DNA of 64,000 nt from positions 3,255 through 67,254 of the forward strand of contig NMRA01000184.1 in NCBI GenBank assembly GCA_002633005.1, given 5' to 3'. The stretch comes from Phoronis australis. Lineage: Eukaryota > Animalia > Phoronida. Every line of letters begins with the position of its first letter. The stretch's first letter is position 1. Under the pieces are notes generated by a model, which was given only the letters and a program-made list of their open reading frames with translations, was not told the DNA's origin and searched no databases. Shown here one piece after another: positions 1 through 10,597 of this stretch. Made by a program: the position numbers and the translations under genes.

Positions 1-2810
1 TTTTTTTTTATTTTTCTTGCTCTTAAAAGTAAGTCCTGGCGCTCTTTCAGGGGCGAGAAGCTCTAACGGAAAATCTTACATTAAAAGGTCGCAATCGTAA
101 TTCCTATATGTACCTACAACATTGAACAGTGTTAGAATAGTTTTCTTCAGGAGTTGTTAAAAGTACGTTGTGACGACTATAGTGGTTTTGACCGGATTCG
201 CTGGTACTCGCAGTAGAGTTATGCTTGCTGACACCACGTAAGTATGTTGAAACGAACAGCAATGTGTGCGCGTGTTGGTCGTGTAGCTGTTTGAATTAAG
301 CGAGTATCCTCGCAGTGAAGTAGTAGAAAGTCAGGCAATGCATGATTTCAGTGATGTTTTGGTATGCGTATTGAAGGAATTGAAGTTACATAGATAAACA
401 CAATGGTCAAAAGTGAAAAAAATTGCTAGAATTCAACAACACTTCAACAGTTGTCAAAAATTCTTGTAATTTTCGTAATAATAAAGGTAAAAAATCTGAA
501 GTGAATGCTTTTGTCTTCGCCAAAAACTTTGAGTGTTGAACCAGACATTAACCTTCAGGTACCGCCTTTCTCGCTTAATTTTACAATTGATTCATAATGT
601 CCCACCAGGCAATGCTCTGGTAGTAAGTGATCAAAAATGCAACAGTTATGATTAGTCGGTTATCGGATAACACCAAAGTCAATTTGGCCAGCGAGTTTCG
701 TACAATTGAACCGACTGACAGAGAACATTCAGAATTTTTGAGACGAGTTCAATCGCAACATTGCAATTTTATCGAAGTCCATGGCTTTCACTGGTACGTT
801 TCTTTCACAGTGAGTGGTGAGCAACAAAATGCCACTTAGGTTTTAAAAAATTATCTGAAATTAGCTGTTATAGGGGAACAGAAACAATAATGTGCGGTTA
901 TATGCATCATTTCACAGTGCTGGTGGCTGGTGGTGCTGTGAAGCATGCCCACACACAGCGGGGTATGCTACGAGCGCGAACGCACCTCCAACAGGGATTT
1001 GGAGTCCGCCTTAGCAAGCCGATTTTAATTCATATTACTTGTACTTTTTCAATTGTCTCCGTTATGCCTTTTTACTAAAAATACTTTTCGCTGAAAATGA
1101 AAGGTTGTCAACTGTCGGTAAACAACTCGTGAATTACATGTAAATTACTATATATTGTTAAATTGTTAGGGTCATTTATGAAATCTAACTAGCGGTTTTC
1201 GAATGGTAAAGCGGGGCCGCAAGCGGTTAGCGATCCTTTGCTCATTTTTACGGATAAAATTCAATCCGTAGACGATCTTAGAAGACGATTTTTGACATGT
1301 CAAAAATTGCCTCTCTCTTTACGGGATCTTTACGAGTGTCAGCGAGTTGTTGCGTTTAGTGACACGTTGTAAACGGATGCTTGCGATTGGAAAATCCGTA
1401 GGCGGCACTAAAATGAGAGTCAAGAAGCCCTAGCCCAAGAAACTGCCTTGAACACTGCCTCTTGCCACATCCACAAAAATCGAATATTTTTACCTTTGTT
1501 CATTTTCAGTGATCGATATTTTAGGCGAACGCGTAATAAAAACACGTCCTAACGCCGCGTTAAGTATGAGATTTTCCATGTGAGGGGAGTAGTATAGATC
1601 GACGATTGCGTCAGATCTTGCACTATGGGTTTGGTCCGCTTCCTTCTGAGCTTTGCACCCCCAAGTCACATGCTTGGTACATGCATGAGAAAGAACGTCA
1701 AGTGTCTCCCCACCTCCTCTCCGACACTTACTACAGAGGTTAATATTTTCGGGTGCAAACGGCTGTGTGTTTGCCCCGTGATATTTGCAACCAGTTGCAT
1801 GACCGTGGTAACTATTTACGGTTCAGGCGATTCCAAGTTACCAGAGGCCGGGTTTCAAATGAACTCAAAGCCAGGGTAGCCGAAGAAGGAAGCGGGATTC
1901 TGGGGTCATTTTCCTCCCCATAACCTCCGGGGTTACAGCGATCACAACTCCCACAGAAATTCGTTAAACGCAGTTTATGCCACTCTTAATTCAATCCACA
2001 TTCAATTCGGTGCATGTCACAATCAAGCCAACCACGGACGATCGTCACCGGCCTATCAGCATGCCAACGCCACCTAGCTGTGTCGCATGAAATCCAGAGA
2101 AATAACCTCGCTTGCCTTTGTTTCTCACTGTTTGGTCTTCAACTCGTTTGACAAGAGCTGACTCAGGATGTGTACATTGAAATCTACAACAAGGAAGAAT
2201 TCGGACTTTTATCATTAGTTGCATATTAAATCCCTCTTTAGCTGGCTAAAAACGAAAACTGAATTAAGACTTTTACTCCTATACAATCGGCTCCATGATA
2301 TTCTTTACCGTGATAGGATTCTATTTGTTTTGCTATCACTTTGAATTCTTAATTTCGGGGTTGGCCAATTCCAGTAAACTCCAATTAAGCGTTTTCTTGA
2401 GTCGACGTACTTCGTTGTAACGAAAATAGAATCCTTGGTCACATTTGTTTTAGGCCAAAACATGAGCACGAACTTTAAAATTAGCGCTTATAAGTAAACA
2501 AAGACATATTGATCCGACGACTCGGTTTATTCACTCTAAATCATTCTCACGGGAAATAGAATCCTATCATTGTAATGAACATTATGAGACCAATTTAATG
2601 AAAGTAAACGGGCTAATGCCTGTTTAGCTTGCTAAATAGCCGCCAAATGCAGAATTAAGTCTATGCTCAACAGTGCACATTGTTACTCATTCGTCCTAGA
2701 CCGGCAGAGTCTAGTGTAAGTAGGCTCTCCGATAATAGACTACTTGCGTGCTTCAAACTTAGCAAACAAGTGGAACAAAATCGCCATCTTGTTGCATAAC
2801 ATCACACAAG
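1..2810. repeat. Left arm of ~2.8 kb inverted duplication (partner ~30955-33732); may extend beyond window start
   Basis: Sequence is the reverse complement of ~30955-33732 throughout. ORFs 627-839, 890-1078 and 1625-1879 (+) recur as 32931-33143, 32671-32898 and 31886-32140 (-) with few substitutions. There is a 36-bp indel near 574-610. Confidence 0.97.
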
Positions 2811-2949
2811 ACCTTGTACCCCTGCACGGCGGAAATCCAGCATGACGAGGTCTTACAAACCTCAGGCGCATCCCTGCTGCGCAGTGACACTGACAGATCC
2901 ACCTTGGTTCTTACTTCGCAAAAGTACTGTTGATATTCTGTCACAATTC

Positions 2950-3241
2950 AGGATTCCCTGCAAGATCTGTATGGTGGTTGCTGGAGTAGCTTGGTGTGCG
3001 AGGGGGAAGGAAGAAAGCTGCAGTGAGAAGACTGGGCGAGACAGCTGAGAAGACATCTTGTTGGCTGTGGTACCGTCGGAATGAAGGAAGTTGGAGGCCT
3101 CAGTGATGCACAGTGGGTTGGCCGCCACTGTGGACCCACCAGTGGAGACCGTTCTGGTTTAGGGTCGAAACGAGTCGAGGAAGCTGGATGCCATCTGACG
3201 ACATCAAGCTACGCCTCCAACTAGTTAGTGTGCGGCGGGTA
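2950..3241 (+). repeat. 5' copy of ~291 bp terminal direct repeat (ORF C-terminus plus 3'UTR) of the Hero-like element
   Basis: Matches 6730-7020 with 7 differences by manual count (6 substitutions, 1 indel). Confidence 0.95.
3147..3205 (+). ncRNA. Putative strand-swapped hammerhead-like ribozyme, 5' copy
   Basis: GACCGU-U / GAAACGAGUC (stem III, 6 bp with 1 bulge), GAAA at 3167-3170 and CUGACGA at 3195-3201. The first stem-I pair is mismatched (C.U) in this copy. Confidence 0.4.
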
Positions 3242-3516
3242 GAAGAGAATCCTGGTTTAGCTGTTACGAAGAAGGGGCGACAAGACGTCAGACTGCATAG
3301 AAGCCTGACAACTATTGAGGCAGATAACATCACTGTAAGTACACACTTCGACATTTCAAGACTTTCAGGAAAGACTGGATGGCAACTGGGGAAGACCAGT
3401 GACGCTGGAGAGACAGTTGACCCCCAGGAAAGACTGGATTGGGGCAGGCAGGGCCAGCACCCCGGCCTGCAGCTCCGGTTATAGGAGCACCCATTCTCAC
3501 GCTACGTCAAACCAAA

Positions 3517-6500
3517 ATGAGGCATACCCCCAGAGTCTCCCGAGAGGGGGGGGGAGAATGAGAGACTCACAACGGCGGATAACACGGAAACGACTTTGCA
3601 ACGACCAAGAACTTTTAAACAGTTGACACTGACAGGAGGTGTTGTGGAAGGAGCAGTATGCAGTTGTGAAAAGGTGTGCAAGAACATCCGTGACTTACGT
3701 GTCCACCGATCAAGATCGCGGTGTGGTTATCAGGAGAATCAAGAGCAACGCGCAGAGGATCCCTCTTGTGAGACTTGGAGGTACCCAGACAGGATGAACC
3801 CCACAGTGCTGGGAGTCTCCAAGCCGATGAGCCTTCAGATAACGACCCTGTGTTCCTGGGAGAGGACACGTCAGGGCAAGGCAGACCTCCACCACGCCCA
3901 AGAAGGAAGAGAGTGAAATGGCCAAAGATGACGGAAGAAGCAGCATGGAAGGCTTTTGATGGGGATGTGCACAACATCATGAAGACAACTTTGATGGGCA
4001 GCGTAGAGAAGAAGATTGAGAGTTTCACCACAATCATTTACAACGTGGCTTTAGAGCGGTTTGGTGCACAGGAAGAGCGTACGAGAGCACCACGGCAGGA
4101 AGTTCCGAGAGGCAACAGACGGGAACGGCGCATCAAGGATATACGAACTGAACTAAGATCACTTGGGAAGGCTTTCCGCAAAGCCCAGGAGCACGAGAAG
4201 GCCGGGCTGCAGTGGCTCAGAGATGACTTACGGTATGAGCTCAGACGCCTGCGGAATGCAGAGAGGTTACGTCGAGCCAAGAAGGAAAGAGCTAAGCGAA
4301 GGTCTCAGTTTGTCAAGGACCCCTTCAGATTTACAAAGACCTTACTGGGGGAAGAGAGATCAGGCGAGTTACAGTCAAGCAAAGAGGCAATATAGCAACA
4401 TCTTAACGCAGCTCATGGAGACGACAGACGAGATGTGCCCCTCGGAGTGTGTTAGAGAGTGGAGGCTGTTGATAGGCCAGAGAGTGAATTAGACATGAAA
4501 GAACATACGTGGAAGGAACTGCTGCAGGTGGTTAAGAAAGCTCGATCGGGTTCAGCCCCAGGTCCAAGTGGCATCCCGTACAAGACCTACAAGAAGTGTC
4601 CCTTGCTGCTAAGGCAGCTGTGGCTGATTTTAAGAACAGTATGGAGAAAGGGCAAGATACCAACTGGCTGGAAGGTCGCAGAGGGGTGCTTTGTGCCCAA
4701 GGAGAAGGATGCTGCTGCAATTGACCAGTTTAGAACAATATCACTGCTGAGTGTAGAAGGGAAGAAGTTCTTTGGGATCCTTGCTCTTAGACAACAAGTA
4801 CATAGACACATCTGTCCAGAAAGGAGGAATTCCTGGTTTCTCAGGCTGTGTTGAACATACGAGTGTCTTGAGCCAGCTCATTAGGGAAGCCAAGTCGAAG
4901 AGGAAAGACCTGACGTGTGTGTGGCTGGACTTAGCCAATGCCTACGGTTCCATACCCCACCAGCTGATCAACATAGCATTAGAGTACTATCACGTTCCGG
5001 GGCATATCAGCGGCATGTTAACAGATTATTTTCGAGGTATCCAGTTGAGGTTTACTGCAGGTGCCATCACTACAGACTGGATCAAGCTGGAAAGAGGTAT
5101 AATAACCGGATGTACCATCTCTCCTACTCTGTTCATCATGGGGATGAATTTTCTGATAAAGGCCGGAGAAAGGGAATGTAGGGGTCCGAGGCTACAGTCT
5201 GGTATCGTGGTGCCTGTAATTAGAGCATTTATGGATGACTTGACAATAATTACGGTGACGCATGTGGAAGCTCGGTGGGTTTTGGCAGCACTAGATGAAG
5301 TTGCAACGTGGGCTTGTATGAAGTTTAAACCCAGGAAGTCGAGACTTTTGATAATGAGAGGTGGGAAAGTGGTCAACAGGTTTACCTTGACCATTCAAGG
5401 CGAAGAAATTCCATCAATTGTTAACAACCCCCTCAAGTGCCTGGGTAAATGGTACGATGATCTCCTGTGCGACAAGAACAACATCAAGCAGATGGAGACC
5501 CAGGTGACGGGGTGGTTGAAGAGAATAGAGAAAAGCGGTCTTCCTGGCAAGTACAAGGCATGGATTTACCAGCACGGGCTGTTACCTCGAGCAACGTGGG
5601 GTCTTATGCTGTATGACATCCCGATATCGGCAGTAGAGTGCCTGGAGAGAACAGTAAGCAAGTGGCTGAGGAAGTGGTTGGGAGTCCCAAGAAGCTTCAC
5701 ACAGGTTGGTCTTTATAGCAGAACAGCAGAGCTTCAGCTGCCTCTAGCGTCAATCACGGAGGAGTTTAAAGTAGGGAAGTGCAGGCTGGTTCTCACATTA
5801 CGCGACTCTAGAGATCCAAAGGTGAGGGATGCTGGTGTCATGACAAGATCAGGGAGACGGTGGTCAGCAGACACATCTGTGAGTCAGGCGGAGAGTTTGT
5901 TACAGATCAGAGATATAATTGGTAGCACCTGCGTAGGACGCCAGGGGTTGGGGACATCCCAGTTCCAACAGTGGGAGAAGGCGAGTGAGAGGCAGCGGAG
6001 GGAGATGGTCCAAGCTGAGGTGAGAGCAGCAGAGGAGGAAGCCCGTAAAGCCAAGGCAGTCCAACTAAGCCAGCAGGGAGCATGGACCAGGTGGAATCTT
6101 CCAGAGAGGAAGATATCGTGGGCAGACGTTTGGAGTATGGAGCCGATGCGTGTCCAGTTTTTACTTCGCTCGGTTTACGACGTGTTACCATCGCCTGCAA
6201 ACCTTCTTCGCTGGGGCCTAGTGGATGACCCTGCCTGCCAGTTGTGTGGAGGAAGAGGTACATTGGCCCACATCTTATCAGGGTGCAAGATGGCACTGCA
6301 GCACGGCCGATACAGATGGCGCCACGACCAAGTACTGAAGACCCTTGCAGACGTCATAGATGGAGAGCGTAAGACAAGAGTAACTCGGCCTAGGGCAAGC
6401 AGACAGCACATACAATTCGTCAGGGAAGGTGAGATACGGAAGAAGTCACGTCTGCAGTCTTGCATCATGGATGGAGTAAGCTGGGAAATGAGAGTAGATC

Positions 6501-6886
6501 TGGGAAGAAAGCTTGTGTTCCCGAGTATTGTGGAAACATCACTGCGGCCTGACATCATTCTGTGGTCGGATATTCATCAATTTATAGTGATTATAGAGCT
6601 TACGGTGCCTTGGGAGGAAGGATGCGAAGAGGCCCATGACAGGAAGTTATCTAAGTATAGCGAGCTGGCGGAGACATGCAGAGCTCGAGGCTGGCAAACT
6701 TGGTTGTTTCCTGTAGAGGTGGGATATAGAGGATTCCCTGCAAGATCTGTATGGTGGTTGCTGGAGAAGCTTGGTGTGCGAGGGGGAAGGAAGAAAGCTG
6801 CAGTGAGAAGACTGGGCGAGACAGATGAGAGGACATTTTGTTGGCTGTGGTACCGTCGGAATGAAGGAAGTTGGAGGCCTCAGTGA
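3517..6886 (+). pseudogene. Disrupted single ORF (ZF-RT-CCHC-RLE) of the Hero-like element
   Basis: Probable ATG at 3517. Frameshift in the G9 run (3546-3554), frameshift near 3775, in-frame TAG at 4393 and 4453, and a deletion/frameshift near 4785. The 704-aa segment 4772-6886 is open to TGA. Confidence 0.85.
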
Positions 6887-7020
6887 TGCACAGTGGGTTG
6901 GCCGCCACTGTGGACCCACCAGTGGAGCCGTTATGGTTTAGGGTCGAAACGAGTCGAGGAAGCTGGATGCCATCTGACGACATCAAGCTACGCCTCCAAC
7001 TAGTTAGTGTACGGCGGGTA
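6730..7020 (+). repeat. 3' copy of terminal direct repeat
   Basis: Matches 2950-3241; similarity stops abruptly after CGGCGGGTA. No poly(A) tail or TSD seen. Confidence 0.95.
6927..6984 (+). ncRNA. Putative strand-swapped hammerhead-like ribozyme, 3' copy
   Basis: GUU triplet 6930-6932, stem I AUGGU (6933-6937) with GCCAU (6969-6973), CUGACGA 6974-6980, GAAA 6946-6949, stem III ACG-G with C-CGU. Stem II is weak and has a C.C closing mismatch. Confidence 0.5.
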
Positions 7021-7281
7021 TCCGTTCCGGTAAATTCTACACACGTACCGAAGATGTTCTGTACCCGGTGACCAAGATCGTTATCCTGGACCTAGGTCTG
7101 GGTGTGACGTTTGTGGACTTTTGGCTAGCGGATATGGGAATTGGTCCGCGGGTTTGCTGTGGCGTCATTTACCCGACAAAATGGTAAAATAAGAACCGAC
7201 AGTTCGTTAAAATAAGCTATTTGCAGTTTACCCGAAAAAGCATTCGGCGTCCTCATTGGTGCATTTTTGTTACGTCACGGC

Positions 7282-7463
7282 TTGTCGGTCAAATAATCGG
7301 ATATTTGCTATTCACCCGACAAATGTTTCAACGTATCCTTGTCGGTCAAATAGTGAGATTTTTTGCTCTTCTCCCGCCGCACTTTCAGCGATTTCACTGA
7401 TAAACATTATCGTCACATCTTGTAGGCCAAAAAATCTGATTTTTGTTATTCACCCGACAAACT
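7282..7463. repeat. Three imperfect ~42 bp hairpin-forming repeats (TTGTCGG...CCGACAA), probable MITE remnant
   Basis: Units at ~7282, ~7339 (degenerate) and ~7420 share TTGTCGGTCAAATA and ATTCACCCGACAAA motifs. Confidence 0.55.
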
Positions 7464-8264
7464 TTCATGGGTCATAACTTCAGAGTAACATTTTATAGCC
7501 CAAATGAAGAGGTTGCAAATTTGTTTTCTTTTTCCCGATGAGAAAAATTAAGATGTCTATGAGGGTGAGGCATTAGCAGCTAATCAGAATGATTAATAAT
7601 ATTTTAAAATTCGTCCGGGTGATATTTTAACTTATAAAAAAGCTAAAGCTGTTGCTTTCAAGACAGAACCAAAGCAGGCAAACGGATACACCCATTGTAC
7701 ACGTCACTCGATTACATTAAACTGAATTTTCATGAGCATCAGTAAATGATACAGTCAACTGCGTCTTTCTTAGAAGTCGAAGTAATCAAAGTAAGCACGA
7801 TTATCTATAAATTGTCACTTCAATTATTCGACTTCGACAACGTCGTGAGCTTTGTACAGCTACGTTTATTACATCTAGAATCGGCCATTTCATGCCACTC
7901 ACGGTGACAGTGAAAAATATTTTCTCTGTGAAATGTCGCAAACGTTTATCGGTTGAATAGCAAAATTCGACTTACAGGTATTTGGACTACAAGGTTGTAC
8001 AGACCAATGAACTCCTTGAAGCACATATCTAATTCAATACACGTTTCCGTTCATAGATTGCACAAAATCTTGAACATCATCGGGGCTGAGCAATTCATAG
8101 TAGCAAGACAGTTCGACATAACTTTCAACAACCCTCTGAGCTATAACTCACAGAATTAGGTCATGTGTTCGCTGAAAACTCATGTGACCGAGTGTTTTTT
8201 GCACTATTTCAATTTAGATGGCGGACAATGAGGCGCCACCTCAGTATTTTACGATATTGTAAAA

Positions 8265-9497
8265 CTACAGGTACCTTCTGTGTGCAGCTGTCTTGTATCT
8301 TAACCCTAGTTTAGCCGACACTGTGTCACCTTTGAAGCTGTATGTTAATGGTATGGGAGGCATAAACAATGGCCGATTGGTGTGTGGGTACACTACCGCC
8401 TGACAACTCTCATCTTGGAACACGCATCCTGACGGGCAGTTGGCGATGCACGGTAGGCAGCCACACTTTGTGTTGATGTAAGCAACACGCTGCTGCACAC
8501 TCGGGTCATAGTTTTTTACCCGTTCTTTCCAGTCTTTTTCAATGAAGTTATCGAAGCGCTCTTTTGGAACTGATTGGAACGGCCACGTGAAAGATGGCTT
8601 TAATGGAAGGGTTGCTTTATCATACGGACGAGAGGCGGGGTCAGTGGTCGGCCAATTTTCAAAAGAGTTTTTGTTATTCATAGGCATGTTTTCTTGATTT
8701 GTCAAATCATTACGTTGATACTCGTTCGGCAAGATGTTGCGACTGTCTTGACAACAACTGTTATAGTCAATGGAAGCTCCCTCTGGTGCCATAGCGTGAA
8801 CATTGCTGTACGGGCAATCGTGAGGACAGCGTACGTTCTCTTTGGCTAGCAAAGGTTGATATGTCGCGCTAATATACTTGTTGCAATGATCTTGAAGGAC
8901 GTTTCTATGGAGGTTATTGCACTTGATGTAACACCCGACACCTTGACAGTTATATCCTCGTTCTTTACAGATGCACCCGCATAAGGAGTTTCCGCAGTTG
9001 CACGTGACTGGCTTCAAACAGCAGCAATCGCTGCGCAGTGCTGGGCACCGACTGTTGTGCGCACATGAACACACCCCATTAACTTTTACACAGTCGATTT
9101 CTTTTTTGCACGATTCAATGCCTTTGTTACATATACATCGCCCGAAAACATCACCAAGACAACGACATTCATCCTGGATACGTTTTGGGGATGGTTCAGC
9201 GCCACCCACTTCGTCAGTTAGTCCGAATTTTCCTAAAGCATCAATTTGTTTCGTTTCCCTTTTTGGTATTTGGTTTGTTGAATGGGAAATGTAATCTGAG
9301 TTGTATGTAGAGTATTTGTAGCGGTTATCGTGAATACTTTGCAATGCCTTAAGCGTTTCATCACTCAGTGTTCCTGAAAGTGGACCGGTAAATAGAATTT
9401 AGACAGGTATGATGAATATTTTCAGACTATTTCTTAATTACACAATAGTTAACAAACTTTGTTTACCTCTGGTGAAACGCTCCGGTTCAACCACCAT
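8265..9497 (-). CDS. Uncharacterised cysteine-rich protein, ~379 aa, at least 2 exons (9497-9467, 9373-8265)
   Basis: The 359-codon ORF is extended upstream by a phase-1 GT-AG intron (donor G|GTAAAC at 9466, acceptor TTTCAG| at 9374), giving N-terminus MVVEPERFTRGTLSDETLK. It has a dense CxC/CCC block. A possible donor AG|GTACCT just before the stop leaves the 3' end uncertain. Confidence 0.75.
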
Positions 9498-10024
9498 AAA
9501 TAATGTACTAGCGCCTTTCTTTTTCGTAAGAGTTCTGTGAATAAAATAGCAACGTTATTCAGAAAATAGGCCTACGTCAAAGATTTGAAAATCGTGAACG
9601 CAACCCATTTATTCCCATAAAGCCCGGTTTCCACCCTCCAATTGTTCGTCTGCGACTTCGTGTATGGCTTTTGAATCACTGTCTACACACACACACACGC
9701 ACACAAGCACACACACCCCTCACTCCCGAGTGATGCGTATGAATACTGCGTTCGTAGTTTGAAAAGCCTGATAAAAATACCCAACTACATGCACACTATG
9801 ACTACGTCATGACGACCGAATACTAAGTTGCGTGTAGAAAATCAGATTGTGTTTAAACAGAACTTCTTCACGTGTTCACGCGTGATTACATGTTACAATT
9901 TTTCGTACATGGTAATCGGAGTTTGTAGATAGTGGTCCAAAAGTCGAATACTACTTTTCCTGAGTCAATGGAAAATCGAAACAAAATCGGACAAACACTA
10001 CTTTTAATCAGCAGAAGAATATTA

Positions 10025-10597
10025 CTGTCTTCACACAGCCTACCCTAGAACAACTCGCACTAGTGCAACGTTCCCCCACCTTTGAGTGGAGCGTCCACAC
10101 ACACGTACATTTCCGATAACTACGGGCAGATCCAGGATTTTGAGTTAGGTGGAGAGCAGGGCAGACTATTAGCCAGGATTTTGGAATCTGGGAAAATTTT
10201 GGGGGAGCCATGGCCCTTTGTCCCCCCCCCCTTAAATCTGCCACTGACGTCTGTATGTAACCGCAGCTAATAATTACTTCCGCCTTGCCCCTGCTTTGCC
10301 GCTGTCACACAGGAATTAAAAGGGACACTAGTTACCCTAGAACAAGTTACCCAACCTCGATAAGGTGCAGTAAGTTGTCACAAGTGGGGTAAGTTGCACT
10401 AGTTTGAATAACGACCATATAGCCTCCAAACCCAGCGACAATTCGTTCTAGGAGTAACTTGTTCTTGGATTAGTCCGTGTATGGACGGCAACAAGGTGGA
10501 GTAAGTTGTCACTAGTTAGCGTCCACACAGCATTCAAACCTAGCGACAATTCGTTCCAGGAGTAACTTGTTCTAGGGTAAATATGTGTGTGGACGGC
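10025..10597. mobile_element. PIF/Harbinger-like MITE with internal duplications and a nested CAGTGGC-type MITE (10124-10246)
   Basis: Inverted ends CACAC..TACCCTAGAACAA / TTGTTCTAGGGTA..GTGTGGACGGC and a duplicated AGCGACAATTCGTTC..GGAGTAACTTGTTCT block. The nested element ends CCCCCCTTAAATCTGCCACTG and shares GATCCAGGATTTTGAGTTAGG with ~49452. Confidence 0.6.

Larger units (their letters stand above)
2950..7020 (+). mobile_element. Non-LTR retrotransposon with RT and restriction-like endonuclease (Hero-like, R2/NeSL group), degraded, with terminal direct repeats
   Basis: N-terminal zinc-finger-like motif (CSCEKVCKNIRDLRVH), RT motifs (QFRTISLLSVEGK, WLDLANAYGSIPH, GIITGCTISP, RAFMDD), CCHC knuckle (CQLCGGRGTLAHILSGC), RYRWRHDQVL and PD-(D/E)xK endonuclease motifs (LRPDIILWSD, IELTVPWEE, PVEVGYRGF). 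Confidence 0.92.

Noticed and set aside
3140-3180. Canonical type I minimal hammerhead using CAGTGGA-GACC/GGTC-GAAACGAGTC
   Set aside because: CAGUGGA departs from CUGANGA at two conserved positions, stem I is poor, and the GACC arm is broken in the second copy; the strand-swapped model fits better.
3440-3490. HDV-like ribozyme in the retroelement 5'UTR
   Set aside because: Two hairpins are present (GCAG-GCC/GGC-CTGC and GCTCC/GGAGC), but I could not build the nested double pseudoknot or the J4/2 motif.
9790-9796. Metal-response element TGCACAC upstream of the Cys-rich gene
   Set aside because: A single 7-mer in a CA-rich region is expected by chance.
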